The notes beneath the pieces are model-generated. The model was not told the DNA's origin. It saw only the letters and a program-made list of their open reading frames with translations, and searched no databases. A stretch of DNA of 27,196 bases from Verrucomicrobiota bacterium (GTDB lineage Bacteria; Verrucomicrobiota; Verrucomicrobiia; Limisphaerales; UBA9464). The position numbers were made by a program, and so were the translations under genes. Below, piece after piece: positions 16,223-25,052 of this stretch. The DNA lies in contig CANGMO010000001.1 in assembly GCA_947454295.1 (NCBI GenBank), forward strand, positions 1-27,196, given 5' to 3'. Each line of letters starts with the position of its first letter. The first letter of the stretch is position 1.

Positions 16223-18763
16223 CTACCGGTTGAAGAGGAAGGCCGGACTGTTGAGGAGGGCCCAGGCAAGGTCCTGGGTGCCTTCGAGACGCTGCGGTCC
16301 GGTGCCGAGCTGAACGGCAGTGAGCTCCTTCTCGGTGGGCGGACGGTTCAGGCAACTGAGGTATACTTCCTCAATCACCTTCCGGTCGTCGGTCTCCGAC
16401 GCCACCAGCTTGGCAAAGCGGTTGTCGGCGTTGGACACGCTGTCGCCGAGCGTCGGGCCGTTGATGAGGTTGAGGGCGTGCGAGAGGGTGACATTGCTCG
16501 ACCGCTCGCATTCGCACGCGCTCTGGCGCTTGGGCCGGCCGAACAGGGTAAGGAAGTCGTTGCCACCGACCATGCCGTCGGGGACTTCCACGGCGCGCAG
16601 TCCGGCGGGCAGATCCTTGAAGGTCGGCCGGTGGCCGGTGGCCACGGCGACCGCGTCGAGCATCTGCTCCGCACTGAGCCGCCGTGGCAGGGCGTGCGAG
16701 AAGTTGATGGTGTCGTCCTCATTCCAGCGGTTGGGAACGATGCTGCGCTGGTAGGTCTCGGAGCGGCAGATACCCTTCATGAGCGCCCGCAGATCGTGGC
16801 CGCTGCGGATGAACTCCGCCGTCAGCGACTCCAACAGGGCGGGATTGCTGGCCGGGTTGCCGGCACGGATGTCGTCAACCGGATCAATGATGCCCCGGCC
16901 AAAGAAGTAGCTCCAGAAGCGGTTGACCGTGGACTTCGCGAAGTAGGGATTGTTGGTGGCCGTAAGCCATTGCGCGAAGGCGGCTCGGCGATCTTCGCCT
17001 TCCGCGATCGCGCGCGCCTCGCCGTACGGCACGTGCGGGGCGACCGGGAGATCGGTCTTGGGATGCTTTACCTCCCCGCCGTTGTAGTTCTGATAGACGA
17101 TATCCTCCGACACCTGCTCGGAGGCGTAGGTCTCGTTGCCGCGGATCAGCGTGTCGCGTCCCAGGGTGCCGCGCTTGAAGGCCACCTGGGCAAAGTACGC
17201 GCCAAATGCGTAGTACTGGTTCTGGGTCCAGCGCTCAAAGGGATGGTCGTGGCACTTGTTGCAGTTGAAGCGCACGCCCAGAAAGGTCTGCGAGATGTCC
17301 TCGGTCATCTTGCCCGGATCGCGCAGGGCCCGCAGGTAGTTGCCCGCGGGATTTTCGAACGTGCTGCCGCGGGCGAGGACGAGATCCCGCACCATCTGGT
17401 CATAGGGCCGGTTGGCGGCGAGCTGATCCTGGATCCAGCGGCGGAAGACCCACACGCCCTTCTTGCCGAGGTTCTCGGAGTTGCACTGCAACAGGTCGGC
17501 AAACTTGTTGGCCCAGAATCCACCGAAGGCTTCCGAGCCAATCAGGGCGTCGATGAGCGCATCCCGCTTGGCCTGGGAGGGCGCGGGATCAGCCAAAAAC
17601 GTGCGCACGCGGTCGGCTGAGGGCGGCTGTCCGGTGAGGTCGAGGGAAACCCGCCGGATGAATTCCGCGTCGGTGCAGCGCTCGGAAGGATTGATCCTGG
17701 CCCGCTGCAACTTGGCATTGATGTGGCGATCAATTTCGCCGCGCTCGGGCATGGCGGCGAACTGGAACCCGGTGCGATCGCCCATCACCATCACCTCGCG
17801 GGCGGCATACAGTCCCTCGTATCGAACCAGCACCGCCATCTCACCCCGGCGCAGCGCGGTGAGCGTGGCGTCCTTGACCAGGGCCACCTCCTCGTTGTTG
17901 CTGGAGAGGATGGCCTCGCGCGTGACATCGCGCGTGGAACCGTCGGGATAGGAGGCCAGAATCAGGAACTGCTGCTGCCGTCCGGGAAGATCCATCTCCA
18001 CCTTCTCCGGCAGGATCCGAATCTCTCGCGCCCGGGCGCCCGCGGGAGCCTCGTATCGGGCGCCCTCGGCGATCCACTGGCGCAGCAGCTCATGATAGGT
18101 CGATCCGGGGCGGATTGCCTGACGCCCTTCATGCGGCACCTCGCCCAGGGGCTTGAGGAGCATGAGCGATTCCTCGACGCGCACCGGATTGATGCGCCGG
18201 CCACTGAGATCATTCACCAGCGCCTGATAATCGTACTCGGGGTCGTACCCTCGCAGGGAAAGTTTGAAGCCATTCTTGCCCTTGGCCGAGCCGTGGCAGG
18301 TGCCCTGGTTGCATCCGGTGCGCGCCAGAATGGGCTCGATGTCGCGAACAAATCCGACGGGACGCTGCTCGATACCGGCCACCGTGACCGGCAGACGCGA
18401 GGTCACCCCACCGGCCTTCACCGTCACCGTGGTCTTGCCCACCTCGGCAGGATGGAACTGGTGATGGTCATCCAGCTTCACGGCACTCCCGGAGAGCTGA
18501 AAGGTCGCCTCTGCCGTGAGATCGATCCGGGTGCCGTCCGCCCGTTCGCCGGTCACCAGAACGCCGCGGGCATCGCGCAGATCCTGAAGCACCAGCGATT
18601 CGGGCTCGAGGATCAGGCGCTTGATGGCAGGAAGGGCGGGCTTCGGCGGGATCACGCGATCGGGCGCCTTGTCCGCGCGGATCGACGCAAGCGACACCAA
18701 GCCCAGGACGGCGGCGAGAGCCGCGGTCGAGCGGCGCACGGAAGATCGAGAGGCGAGGCTCAT
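16223..18763 (-). CDS. DUF1549 (PSCyt2) + DUF1553 (PSD1) protein with two Ig-like (Big_2-type) domains, ~846 aa
   Basis: FVRDIEPIL..TGCNQGTCHG; GFKLSLRGYD; IDRHINAKL; FIRRVSLDLTGQPP; FLGVRFNCNKCHDHPFERW; NPYFAKSTVNRFWSYFFGRGIIDPVDD; LINGP; DLAWALLNSPAFLFNR. Signal-like N-terminus; GTG 18829 is an alternative start. Confidence 0.92.
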   Translation of the reverse strand: MSLASRSSVRRSTAALAAVLGLVSLASIRADKAPDRVIPPKPALPAIKRLILEPESLVLQDLRDARGVLVTGERADGTRIDLTAEATFQLSGSAVKLDDHHQFHPAEVGKTTVTVKAGGVTSRLPVTVAGIEQRPVGFVRDIEPILARTGCNQGTCHGSAKGKNGFKLSLRGYDPEYDYQALVNDLSGRRINPVRVEESLMLLKPLGEVPHEGRQAIRPGSTYHELLRQWIAEGARYEAPAGARAREIRILPEKVEMDLPGRQQQFLILASYPDGSTRDVTREAILSSNNEEVALVKDATLTALRRGEMAVLVRYEGLYAAREVMVMGDRTGFQFAAMPERGEIDRHINAKLQRARINPSERCTDAEFIRRVSLDLTGQPPSADRVRTFLADPAPSQAKRDALIDALIGSEAFGGFWANKFADLLQCNSENLGKKGVWVFRRWIQDQLAANRPYDQMVRDLVLARGSTFENPAGNYLRALRDPGKMTEDISQTFLGVRFNCNKCHDHPFERWTQNQYYAFGAYFAQVAFKRGTLGRDTLIRGNETYASEQVSEDIVYQNYNGGEVKHPKTDLPVAPHVPYGEARAIAEGEDRRAAFAQWLTATNNPYFAKSTVNRFWSYFFGRGIIDPVDDIRAGNPASNPALLESLTAEFIRSGHDLRALMKGICRSETYQRSIVPNRWNEDDTINFSHALPRRLSAEQMLDAVAVATGHRPTFKDLPAGLRAVEVPDGMVGGNDFLTLFGRPKRQSACECERSSNVTLSHALNLINGPTLGDSVSNADNRFAKLVASETDDRKVIEEVYLSCLNRPPTEKELTAVQLGTGPQRLEGTQDLAWALLNSPAFLFNR

Positions 18764-18859
18764 GGATTCAGATCCGGGGGTAAACCCGGCGGGGGAAGAT
18801 CTGAGAACGCTAGAGTCCGACCCATCCACCGGACAAGGCGGAATTCCAGAAGAACCGGC

Positions 18860-19726
18860 TCAGACGCCGACCGGGACCGGCGGGATGCCACTGCGGAAGC
18901 CGATCGATGCCGTCGATGCCTGACCATTGGTACTGCCGCGGCGGTACCCGGCGAGATCCACGGTCACGTGCAGGTACCCGAGGACGCGGAGCCGCTCCGC
19001 CACCAGAGCGGAATGGTTCTCCGCAAAAAAGCGGCCGAGTTCCGACGGGCCAATCTCGATACGCGCCAGATGGCCGGTTGTGAGCTCGTGATGACGCACC
19101 CGGACGTCGTGAAAGCCGAGATCCCGCAGCAGGTATTCCGCCTCCTCCACCATGATCAGCTTTTCGGGAGTGACCCGCTCGCCGGTCGGGATGCGCGAGC
19201 TCAGGCAGGCCATCTGGGGTTTGTCCGCGGTCGGCAGCCCGAGGCGGGCGCTCAGTTCCCGGATTTCAGCCTTGGTGAGTCCCGCCTCCTTGAGAGGGGC
19301 GCGCACACGGAATTCCGCGGCCGCCTGGGCTCCAGGGCGGTGATCGCCCACGTCCGAGGCATTCTCGCCGTAGACGATGCAGGCAAATCCCCCGGCACGG
19401 GCCCGTGGAACGAGCTCGGTGAACAGGGCGTGCTTGCAGAAATAACAGCGATTCCCGGGGTTCGCGAGATAGCGGTCGTTCTGGAATTCAGCCGTCCGGA
19501 CCACCTCCACCGGAATGCCGTGCTTGCGGGCGATCTCCAGCGCCTCGGCCAATTCGCGACGCGGGAGGCTTGGCGAGTCGGCAATCGCCGCCAGCGCCCG
19601 GGCGCCCAGCACCTGGTGCGCCACCGCCGCCAGGAACACCGAATCAACGCCACCAGAATAGGCAACCACGCAGGAACCCAGCGACTGCAGCAGGTTCCGG
19701 AGCGTTTGATATTTGGCGTCGATCAC
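18860..19726 (-). CDS. larE: ATP-dependent sulfur transferase LarE (PP-loop), ~288 aa
   Basis: VAYSGGVDS PP-loop; NRCYFCK; DHRPGAQAA; PLKEAGLTKAEIR; MACLSSRIPTG; VRVRHH; ARIE; VDLAGYRRGS. Start uncertain (GTG 19726 or 19750). Confidence 0.9.
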   Translation of the reverse strand: MIDAKYQTLRNLLQSLGSCVVAYSGGVDSVFLAAVAHQVLGARALAAIADSPSLPRRELAEALEIARKHGIPVEVVRTAEFQNDRYLANPGNRCYFCKHALFTELVPRARAGGFACIVYGENASDVGDHRPGAQAAAEFRVRAPLKEAGLTKAEIRELSARLGLPTADKPQMACLSSRIPTGERVTPEKLIMVEEAEYLLRDLGFHDVRVRHHELTTGHLARIEIGPSELGRFFAENHSALVAERLRVLGYLHVTVDLAGYRRGSTNGQASTASIGFRSGIPPVPVGV

Positions 19727-19836
19727 CGCCGAAGCATGACGCTCAGGCACCTCTTGTCCAGCGACAGGGGGTGACCCGCCTTCCGGGTTTTGTGGCTTGG
19801 TTCGTTCCCGACAGTCGATCAAGATCCCCCGGTAAC

Positions 19837-21366
19837 ATGGAACGCACCCCGCATCGGACGCCCGAGGCGTACAAGCAGCTGGAACTGGCAAGTGCCGTCG
19901 TGCTTCTGTTCATGACCGTCTGGGCCCCGTGGGCCTTTGGAGCCGGCGGCCCGCCCTACCAGACCATTCTTTGCGGTGCCGGCCACCTTGCCGGGCTGCT
20001 CTTGATCGGGAAATGGGTGGTGCGTCGCGTCACGGGATACACCCCGGCGCGCTGGGCGGAGCCGACGCCGTTCGGCACCTGGGTGCTGCGCCTGATGGCA
20101 GCACTGACGGTGCTGTTCCTCGCCTACGTCGCGGCCGGCGTCTTCAACGCCCGCGCCGTCGGCGAATACATCCCTGCCGGCGCCGATCAGGGCGTGAACC
20201 TCAATTATGTCGAGCGGACACCCATTCCCTGGCTGCCTTCTAGCTACGACGCCCCGGTTTCGTGGAACGCGCTCTGGCGCTGGATGGGAATCGCCTGGGC
20301 ATTCTGGGCGGCGCGCGACTGGTTTCTCGGTAAAACCCGCTCGGAGCGCCGCGAAACCGATCCGGAGGCCGTGGTCTATCCGGGATCGCGCCTTCGTTTG
20401 TGGCTGTGGGTGATTGCCAGCAGCACCTTTGCACTGGCCGCCGTCTCGGTGGTTCAGCGATTGGACGGCACGAACAAGCTGCTGTGGCTCATCACGCCGA
20501 AGCATCCCGATCCCAACACCCCGTGGGACTACCCCACCAACTTCCACTTCGGCCCGTTCAACTACCGCGGCAACGCCTCGCAGTATCTCAACCTGATCTG
20601 GCCTCTCGTCCTCGGCTTCTGGAAGTTCACCCGCGACCGGGAGCGCAAGGATCGCGGCATGAATCTCCGCATGGGCCAGGGACCGCACGTGCTGTTGCTG
20701 CCGTGGGCGCTGCTGATCGCGGCGGGCCCGATCATTTCCGGAAGCCGGGGTGGCGTCCTTGTGACTGCCCTCCTCGCCGTCGCCTTTGGCATCCTGTTCG
20801 CGGTCACCCCGTCGCGCTGGAGCCTGCTCCGCCGTTTGGGGGTTTTCGCAGGTGTCCTGCTGCTGCTGGTCGCGATGGTGTGGTTGGGTGGATCCACCTT
20901 CCTGAACCGCGTCCAGAATCCCGAGGCCGACCCCTCGTCCAACCGACGAACGGTGTATGAGGAGTGCTTCAGGATGATGTCCGATTTCAAGTGGCTCGGC
21001 TCCGGCGCCGACACCTTCGCCACCATTCAGCCGTTTTACCGCAAGGTGGTCTGGGAGCAGTGGACCGGCTACGCGCACAACGACCTGATGGAGTTCGTCA
21101 TCACCCTGGGAGTCCTCGGCACCGGGGTGCTCTTGGTCCTGCTGGCTTTCGGCCTGCTGCTGCCCCGGCTCCATCGGCGTGAAGGCGGGGGGACGACCGG
21201 ACTGATGATCTACTTCCAGCTCGCCATGATCGGTATGCTCCTGCACTCCATGCTGGATTTTCCATTCCAGATGGCATCGCTTCAGGTGGAATTTCTCTTG
21301 GTCCTCGCAGCGTTCTCCACGCTGGTGCAGAAGGATTCGGCATCCTCGGGCGATCACCGCCGATGA
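19837..21366 (+). CDS. O-antigen ligase / Wzy-like integral membrane protein, ~509 aa
   Basis: Start moved to ATG 19837. Multiple TM helices with GPFNYRGN, SGSRGG, WLGSGADTF and YAHNDLMEF (conserved His-Asn), a pattern typical of the Wzy_C/O-antigen ligase family. Confidence 0.85.
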   Translation: MERTPHRTPEAYKQLELASAVVLLFMTVWAPWAFGAGGPPYQTILCGAGHLAGLLLIGKWVVRRVTGYTPARWAEPTPFGTWVLRLMAALTVLFLAYVAAGVFNARAVGEYIPAGADQGVNLNYVERTPIPWLPSSYDAPVSWNALWRWMGIAWAFWAARDWFLGKTRSERRETDPEAVVYPGSRLRLWLWVIASSTFALAAVSVVQRLDGTNKLLWLITPKHPDPNTPWDYPTNFHFGPFNYRGNASQYLNLIWPLVLGFWKFTRDRERKDRGMNLRMGQGPHVLLLPWALLIAAGPIISGSRGGVLVTALLAVAFGILFAVTPSRWSLLRRLGVFAGVLLLLVAMVWLGGSTFLNRVQNPEADPSSNRRTVYEECFRMMSDFKWLGSGADTFATIQPFYRKVVWEQWTGYAHNDLMEFVITLGVLGTGVLLVLLAFGLLLPRLHRREGGGTTGLMIYFQLAMIGMLLHSMLDFPFQMASLQVEFLLVLAAFSTLVQKDSASSGDHRR

Positions 21367-21391
21367 GCCGCACCCCGGATCCCGCGGAGTC

Positions 21392-22108
21392 TCAGCGGCG
21401 TCCGCGGAGGGCGCGTTGAAGCCGGGTGACGGCGAAGAAAACCAGAGGCTGAAGATAAAACAGGGCGAGGTAGATCTTCCCGATTCCCCCAAAGAACAGC
21501 GAAGTCCGGCCCTCGCTGAATGCCTGGAGTACCGCCGCCGCAAGCCGTACCGGCTTCTCCGAGGGGCGAAGCGGATCGATCACCGTACCAACGGTGACCA
21601 CCAACAACCGCAGCCTGGGCCGCTCCGCGGCGAGGCGCTGGTAGTAGGACTCCAGCAGCTGCTTCAACGCCGAGTACACCAGCCGATCCGGGCTGCGCAG
21701 ACGCGCCAGCACGGTGGAAATGACGATGATCGCGGGTGGCTGCGGCTGCCGGGCAAGCAGGGCCTCCATCAGCGGGACACGGGACGCCACATCGGCCAGC
21801 ACGAGTCGCTGCATTGCCCCGGCCGGCACCTCGGAATCACGGAGCGACGACGACGCGGAGGCGGCATCGATGATCAGGTCCAACGGACCATCACCCAACC
21901 CGGCCAATGCCGTGGATGCATCGCGAATCTCCCCCAGGTCAATCGTCAGCGCGGAGCATCGTGTCGCGCCCGCCGACAGCGCGGCCTGGACCGCCTGGTC
22001 CAATTTGGAGCGGTCCCGCCCGAGCAACCAAAGCGTGTTCCCGGGAGCAAACGCCCGGGCCAGGGACACACCCACCTGTGAACTCGCGCCAAGGATGAGG
22101 ATTTGCAT
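21392..22108 (-). CDS. Short-chain dehydrogenase/reductase (SDR), ~238 aa
   Basis: MQILILGASSQVG nucleotide-binding start; ISTV catalytic Ser region; YSALK (YxxxK). Confidence 0.8.
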   Translation of the reverse strand: MQILILGASSQVGVSLARAFAPGNTLWLLGRDRSKLDQAVQAALSAGATRCSALTIDLGEIRDASTALAGLGDGPLDLIIDAASASSSLRDSEVPAGAMQRLVLADVASRVPLMEALLARQPQPPAIIVISTVLARLRSPDRLVYSALKQLLESYYQRLAAERPRLRLLVVTVGTVIDPLRPSEKPVRLAAAVLQAFSEGRTSLFFGGIGKIYLALFYLQPLVFFAVTRLQRALRGRR

Positions 22109-22168
22109 GGTGACCGAGTCAGCCTTTGTCCTGCGGGTCTCGCGTACCACCCCCGCCGGCGGCCGGGA

Positions 22169-23077
22169 TCATTTCGGGGAAACCGATTGTATCAGACGGT
22201 GCGCCTCCTCAATCGGAAGCGTCTTCCCGGTAAACAGCATCCGGACCGTGTAGTAGGCGATGCACAGATCGCACCAGAAGATGTTCGCCCCCTCGGTTTT
22301 GTAGAGCTTCGAGTACATGCACTCCAGCTCGAGGCGCTGCTCGGGAGTCTGGTTGAGCTTGCCGACCACCTGGGTGATGCCGGTAAGGCCGGCCGGACTG
22401 TCAAAGCGGTGCTCCCATCCCTCGAACTGCTGGAGCAGCTTGATGTTGTCGAGCGGCAGCGGCCGGTTGCCGATGAGGCTCATGCCGTGCAGCAGCACGT
22501 TGAACAGCTGGAGGATTTCAACCAGCTGGGTGCGCTCTAGAATCCGGCCCAGTGGCGTATACACCTCGCAGCTCAGCGGGATGTCCAGATAGCCGCTGCG
22601 CATGAACCGCTCGCGCAGACGGTATTTCGGCGACGTGGCATCGCGCACCATGGTCCGAAACTTCAGCACCGACACGCAATTGCTGAGCGAAATGTAGCGC
22701 TTCGAGATGTAGAAGACCGGGTAGCCCTCAACGATGAAGATAAGGACCGGAATCAACAGCAGGACCGGGGACAGGACCAGCAGCAGGACAAACGCCACCA
22801 CCACGTCGGTAAACCGTTTGGCGAAGTTGGAATATTTGAATCCGACCTCCGGGGTGGGCGGCGATCCAATGACCTCCGAGGGGTTGTACACCGAAAAGCG
22901 CCCGAGCAGCAGCACGCCGGCGATGCCCGCCGAGAGGATGAGGAGCACGCGCACCAGGTAGTGCCAGAAGCTCTGGTAGGTGAGCTCCGACGCCATTATT
23001 TGACGCAGCAGCTGGCCGGCATACATCACGACCAGCGCAATGGCGGCGAGAATCAGGAGCCGAAAAAAACGGTTCAT
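22169..23077 (-). CDS. Sugar transferase (Bac_transf / monotopic phosphoglycosyl transferase domain) with two N-terminal TM helices, ~302 aa
   Basis: KRFTDVV, LSP re-entrant helix, KFRTM, TPLGRILERT, LFNVLLHGMSLIGNRP, PAGLTGITQV. Start moved to ATG 23077. Confidence 0.88.
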   Translation of the reverse strand: MNRFFRLLILAAIALVVMYAGQLLRQIMASELTYQSFWHYLVRVLLILSAGIAGVLLLGRFSVYNPSEVIGSPPTPEVGFKYSNFAKRFTDVVVAFVLLLVLSPVLLLIPVLIFIVEGYPVFYISKRYISLSNCVSVLKFRTMVRDATSPKYRLRERFMRSGYLDIPLSCEVYTPLGRILERTQLVEILQLFNVLLHGMSLIGNRPLPLDNIKLLQQFEGWEHRFDSPAGLTGITQVVGKLNQTPEQRLELECMYSKLYKTEGANIFWCDLCIAYYTVRMLFTGKTLPIEEAHRLIQSVSPK

Positions 23078-23103
23078 CCGGTGCTTGGCGGTCGGCGTGG
23101 AGA

Positions 23104-23853
23104 TCAGGAGGGCACCGCCGCAGGCACGGAACGGTGGGCGTAACGCATCAGCACCCAAAACAGCCGGAGGGCGCGCAGATACCGGGGGATGAATCGCTTG
23201 GGCTCGTCCAGACAGCGGGCCAGCCATCCCAGCATCAGGCGGTCCACGAGGGGATGAATGCTGGCCTGTCGTCCGGACAGAAAGGCAATGGCTGCGCCTG
23301 TGCAGACGATCGCGGGACGGTACGACAGTCGCGACAACAGGAAGTGGCCAAGAATCTCCTGGGTGCCGCCGCCAATGTTGATCACCACATAGCGCGGGCG
23401 ATGCTGCTCGATCAGCACCAAAAGCGGCCCATCGATCACTGACCCCTTCGGGTACTTGGGGGCCAGATAACAGTGGCGCGGTTCGACGGGGATTCCCTGG
23501 CCGTTCAACCAGGCGAGATTGCAATCCTGATCCTGCTGGGAGGGCATCACCCAGAAGGTCGCATCCTTCGCCCGGAACACCGGGTCTCCGATCAACGCCC
23601 GCAAAAACTGGAGACCGGAAATTCGATGCAGGAATTCGCCGGTGCGGAGAAACCAGAGGAGCACCATGTAACTGCTGTCGCTGATCGCGAACGTCGACCC
23701 CTCGACCGCCTGCCGGTAACCCTGGTTCTCGCCCAGTTCCGCGAGGGCTGGAGCCGCCGGAACCACGATCAAGCCTCCCTTTTGAACCTCCTGAAGGAGT
23801 TCTTGCTGGGTGCCGTCAAAATAGCGAATCCCTAGAATTGTCCGAAAAGTCAT
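23104..23853 (-). CDS. WecB/TagA/CpsF (GT26) glycosyltransferase, ~249 aa
   Basis: ISDSSYMVLLW, RISGLQFL, INIGGGTQE, CTGAAIAFLSG, WLARCLDEPKRFIPRY. Start moved to ATG 23853. Confidence 0.85.
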   Translation of the reverse strand: MTFRTILGIRYFDGTQQELLQEVQKGGLIVVPAAPALAELGENQGYRQAVEGSTFAISDSSYMVLLWFLRTGEFLHRISGLQFLRALIGDPVFRAKDATFWVMPSQQDQDCNLAWLNGQGIPVEPRHCYLAPKYPKGSVIDGPLLVLIEQHRPRYVVINIGGGTQEILGHFLLSRLSYRPAIVCTGAAIAFLSGRQASIHPLVDRLMLGWLARCLDEPKRFIPRYLRALRLFWVLMRYAHRSVPAAVPS

Positions 23854-23946
23854 AGTTCGCGCCCGCCACGCCCGATTCTCGCAACCACGGGCGTTTAACC
23901 GGAATGCCGGCAATCGCTCCGGCGGCAGCCTGCGGCCAAAAGCCGA

Positions 23947-23974
23947 TTTGTAAAGAAACACCTCCTGCCGTCAA
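23947..23974 (-). promoter_or_regulatory. Possible sigma-70 promoter for the GT26 / sugar transferase / SDR genes
   Basis: The - strand reads TTGACG-N16-TACAAA in the 156-bp gap between rfbA and the GT26 gene. Confidence 0.3.
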
Positions 23975-24009
23975 GGCACTTGGCCCGGGCGTTCAGGCAC
24001 CCCGAATCC

Positions 24010-24912
24010 CTAAGAGCGCGCCCGGGCAACCGGCACCCCGGCGCCCCGGCGGGTCTCCGGCAGCGAGCGGATGTACTCCCCGTAGCCCGATTTGGAGACG
24101 GAATCCGCGAGGTGGAGCAGCTGTTCATCCGAAATGAAGCCACGCCTCCAGGCAATTTCCTCCACGCAGCCGATCTTGAATCCCTGCCGTGCCTCAATGA
24201 CCTGCACAAACAGGGAAGATTGCAGTAGGGAATCGAAGGTGCCGGTGTCCATCCATGCGGTTCCGCGCGGCAGGACCCGGACGCTCAGCTTCCCCTCCTG
24301 GAGGTAATCGCGGTTGAGATCGGTGATCTCGTATTCGCCGCGCACCGACGGTTTCAACGCCTTGGCGCGGCGCACGACCGTCTTGTCGTAGAAATAGAGA
24401 CCCGGCACGGCATGGGACGACTTGGGATTGGCCGGCTTCTCCTCAATGGAGAGCGCCTTGCCGGCCTCATCGAACTCCACCACGCCAAATCGCTCGGGAT
24501 CCTTTACCGGATAGGCAAACACCGTCGCCCCGTCGGGCTGGCGGCAGGATCGCAGCAGATCGCCAAAGCCCGCCGCGTAGAAGATGTTGTCGCCCAAAAT
24601 GAGGCAGACATCGGAATCCCCGATGAACTCCTCCCCGATGACGAACGCCTGCGCGAGGCCGTTGGGGACGGCCTGTTCCGCATACTCAAACCGACATCCC
24701 AGGCGTGACCCGTCCCCGAGAATGTCACGGAACCGGGGAAGGTCCTTGGGCGTGGAAATGATGAGCACCTCCCGAATGTCCGCCAGCAGCAGGGTCGACA
24801 GCGGATAATAGATCATCGGCTTGTCATACACGGGCAGCAGCTGCTTGCTGACCACCTGGGTCAACGGGTGCAGCCGGGTCCCGGAACCACCGGCGAGAAT
24901 AATGCCTTTCAT
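24010..24912 (-). CDS. rfbA: Glucose-1-phosphate thymidylyltransferase
   Basis: [77 protein letters not shown]. Start at ATG 24912. Confidence 0.96.
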   Translation of the reverse strand: MKGIILAGGSGTRLHPLTQVVSKQLLPVYDKPMIYYPLSTLLLADIREVLIISTPKDLPRFRDILGDGSRLGCRFEYAEQAVPNGLAQAFVIGEEFIGDSDVCLILGDNIFYAAGFGDLLRSCRQPDGATVFAYPVKDPERFGVVEFDEAGKALSIEEKPANPKSSHAVPGLYFYDKTVVRRAKALKPSVRGEYEITDLNRDYLQEGKLSVRVLPRGTAWMDTGTFDSLLQSSLFVQVIEARQGFKIGCVEEIAWRRGFISDEQLLHLADSVSKSGYGEYIRSLPETRRGAGVPVARARS

Positions 24913-25052
24913 ACTGGATGAGAGAAGCGGGCGTGGACTCACCGTCCGGACGCCCATGTCGAGATTGCCATGCAACCTAGGCGCAGCGGTTCGGAAAATC
25001 ACCCAGAAAAACCGCGCGACGATGCCCAGGAGGCCCAACTCGACGGCCGTGC

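Noticed and set aside
17723-21543. Long ORFs 17723-19774 (+) and 19819-21543 (-)
   Set aside because: They are antisense to DUF1549/larE and to the O-antigen ligase-like gene and lack motifs.
23854-24009. ops/JUMPstart element ahead of the polysaccharide genes
   Set aside because: Only GC-rich near-matches (GGCGTGGCGGG); no GGCGGTAG core.
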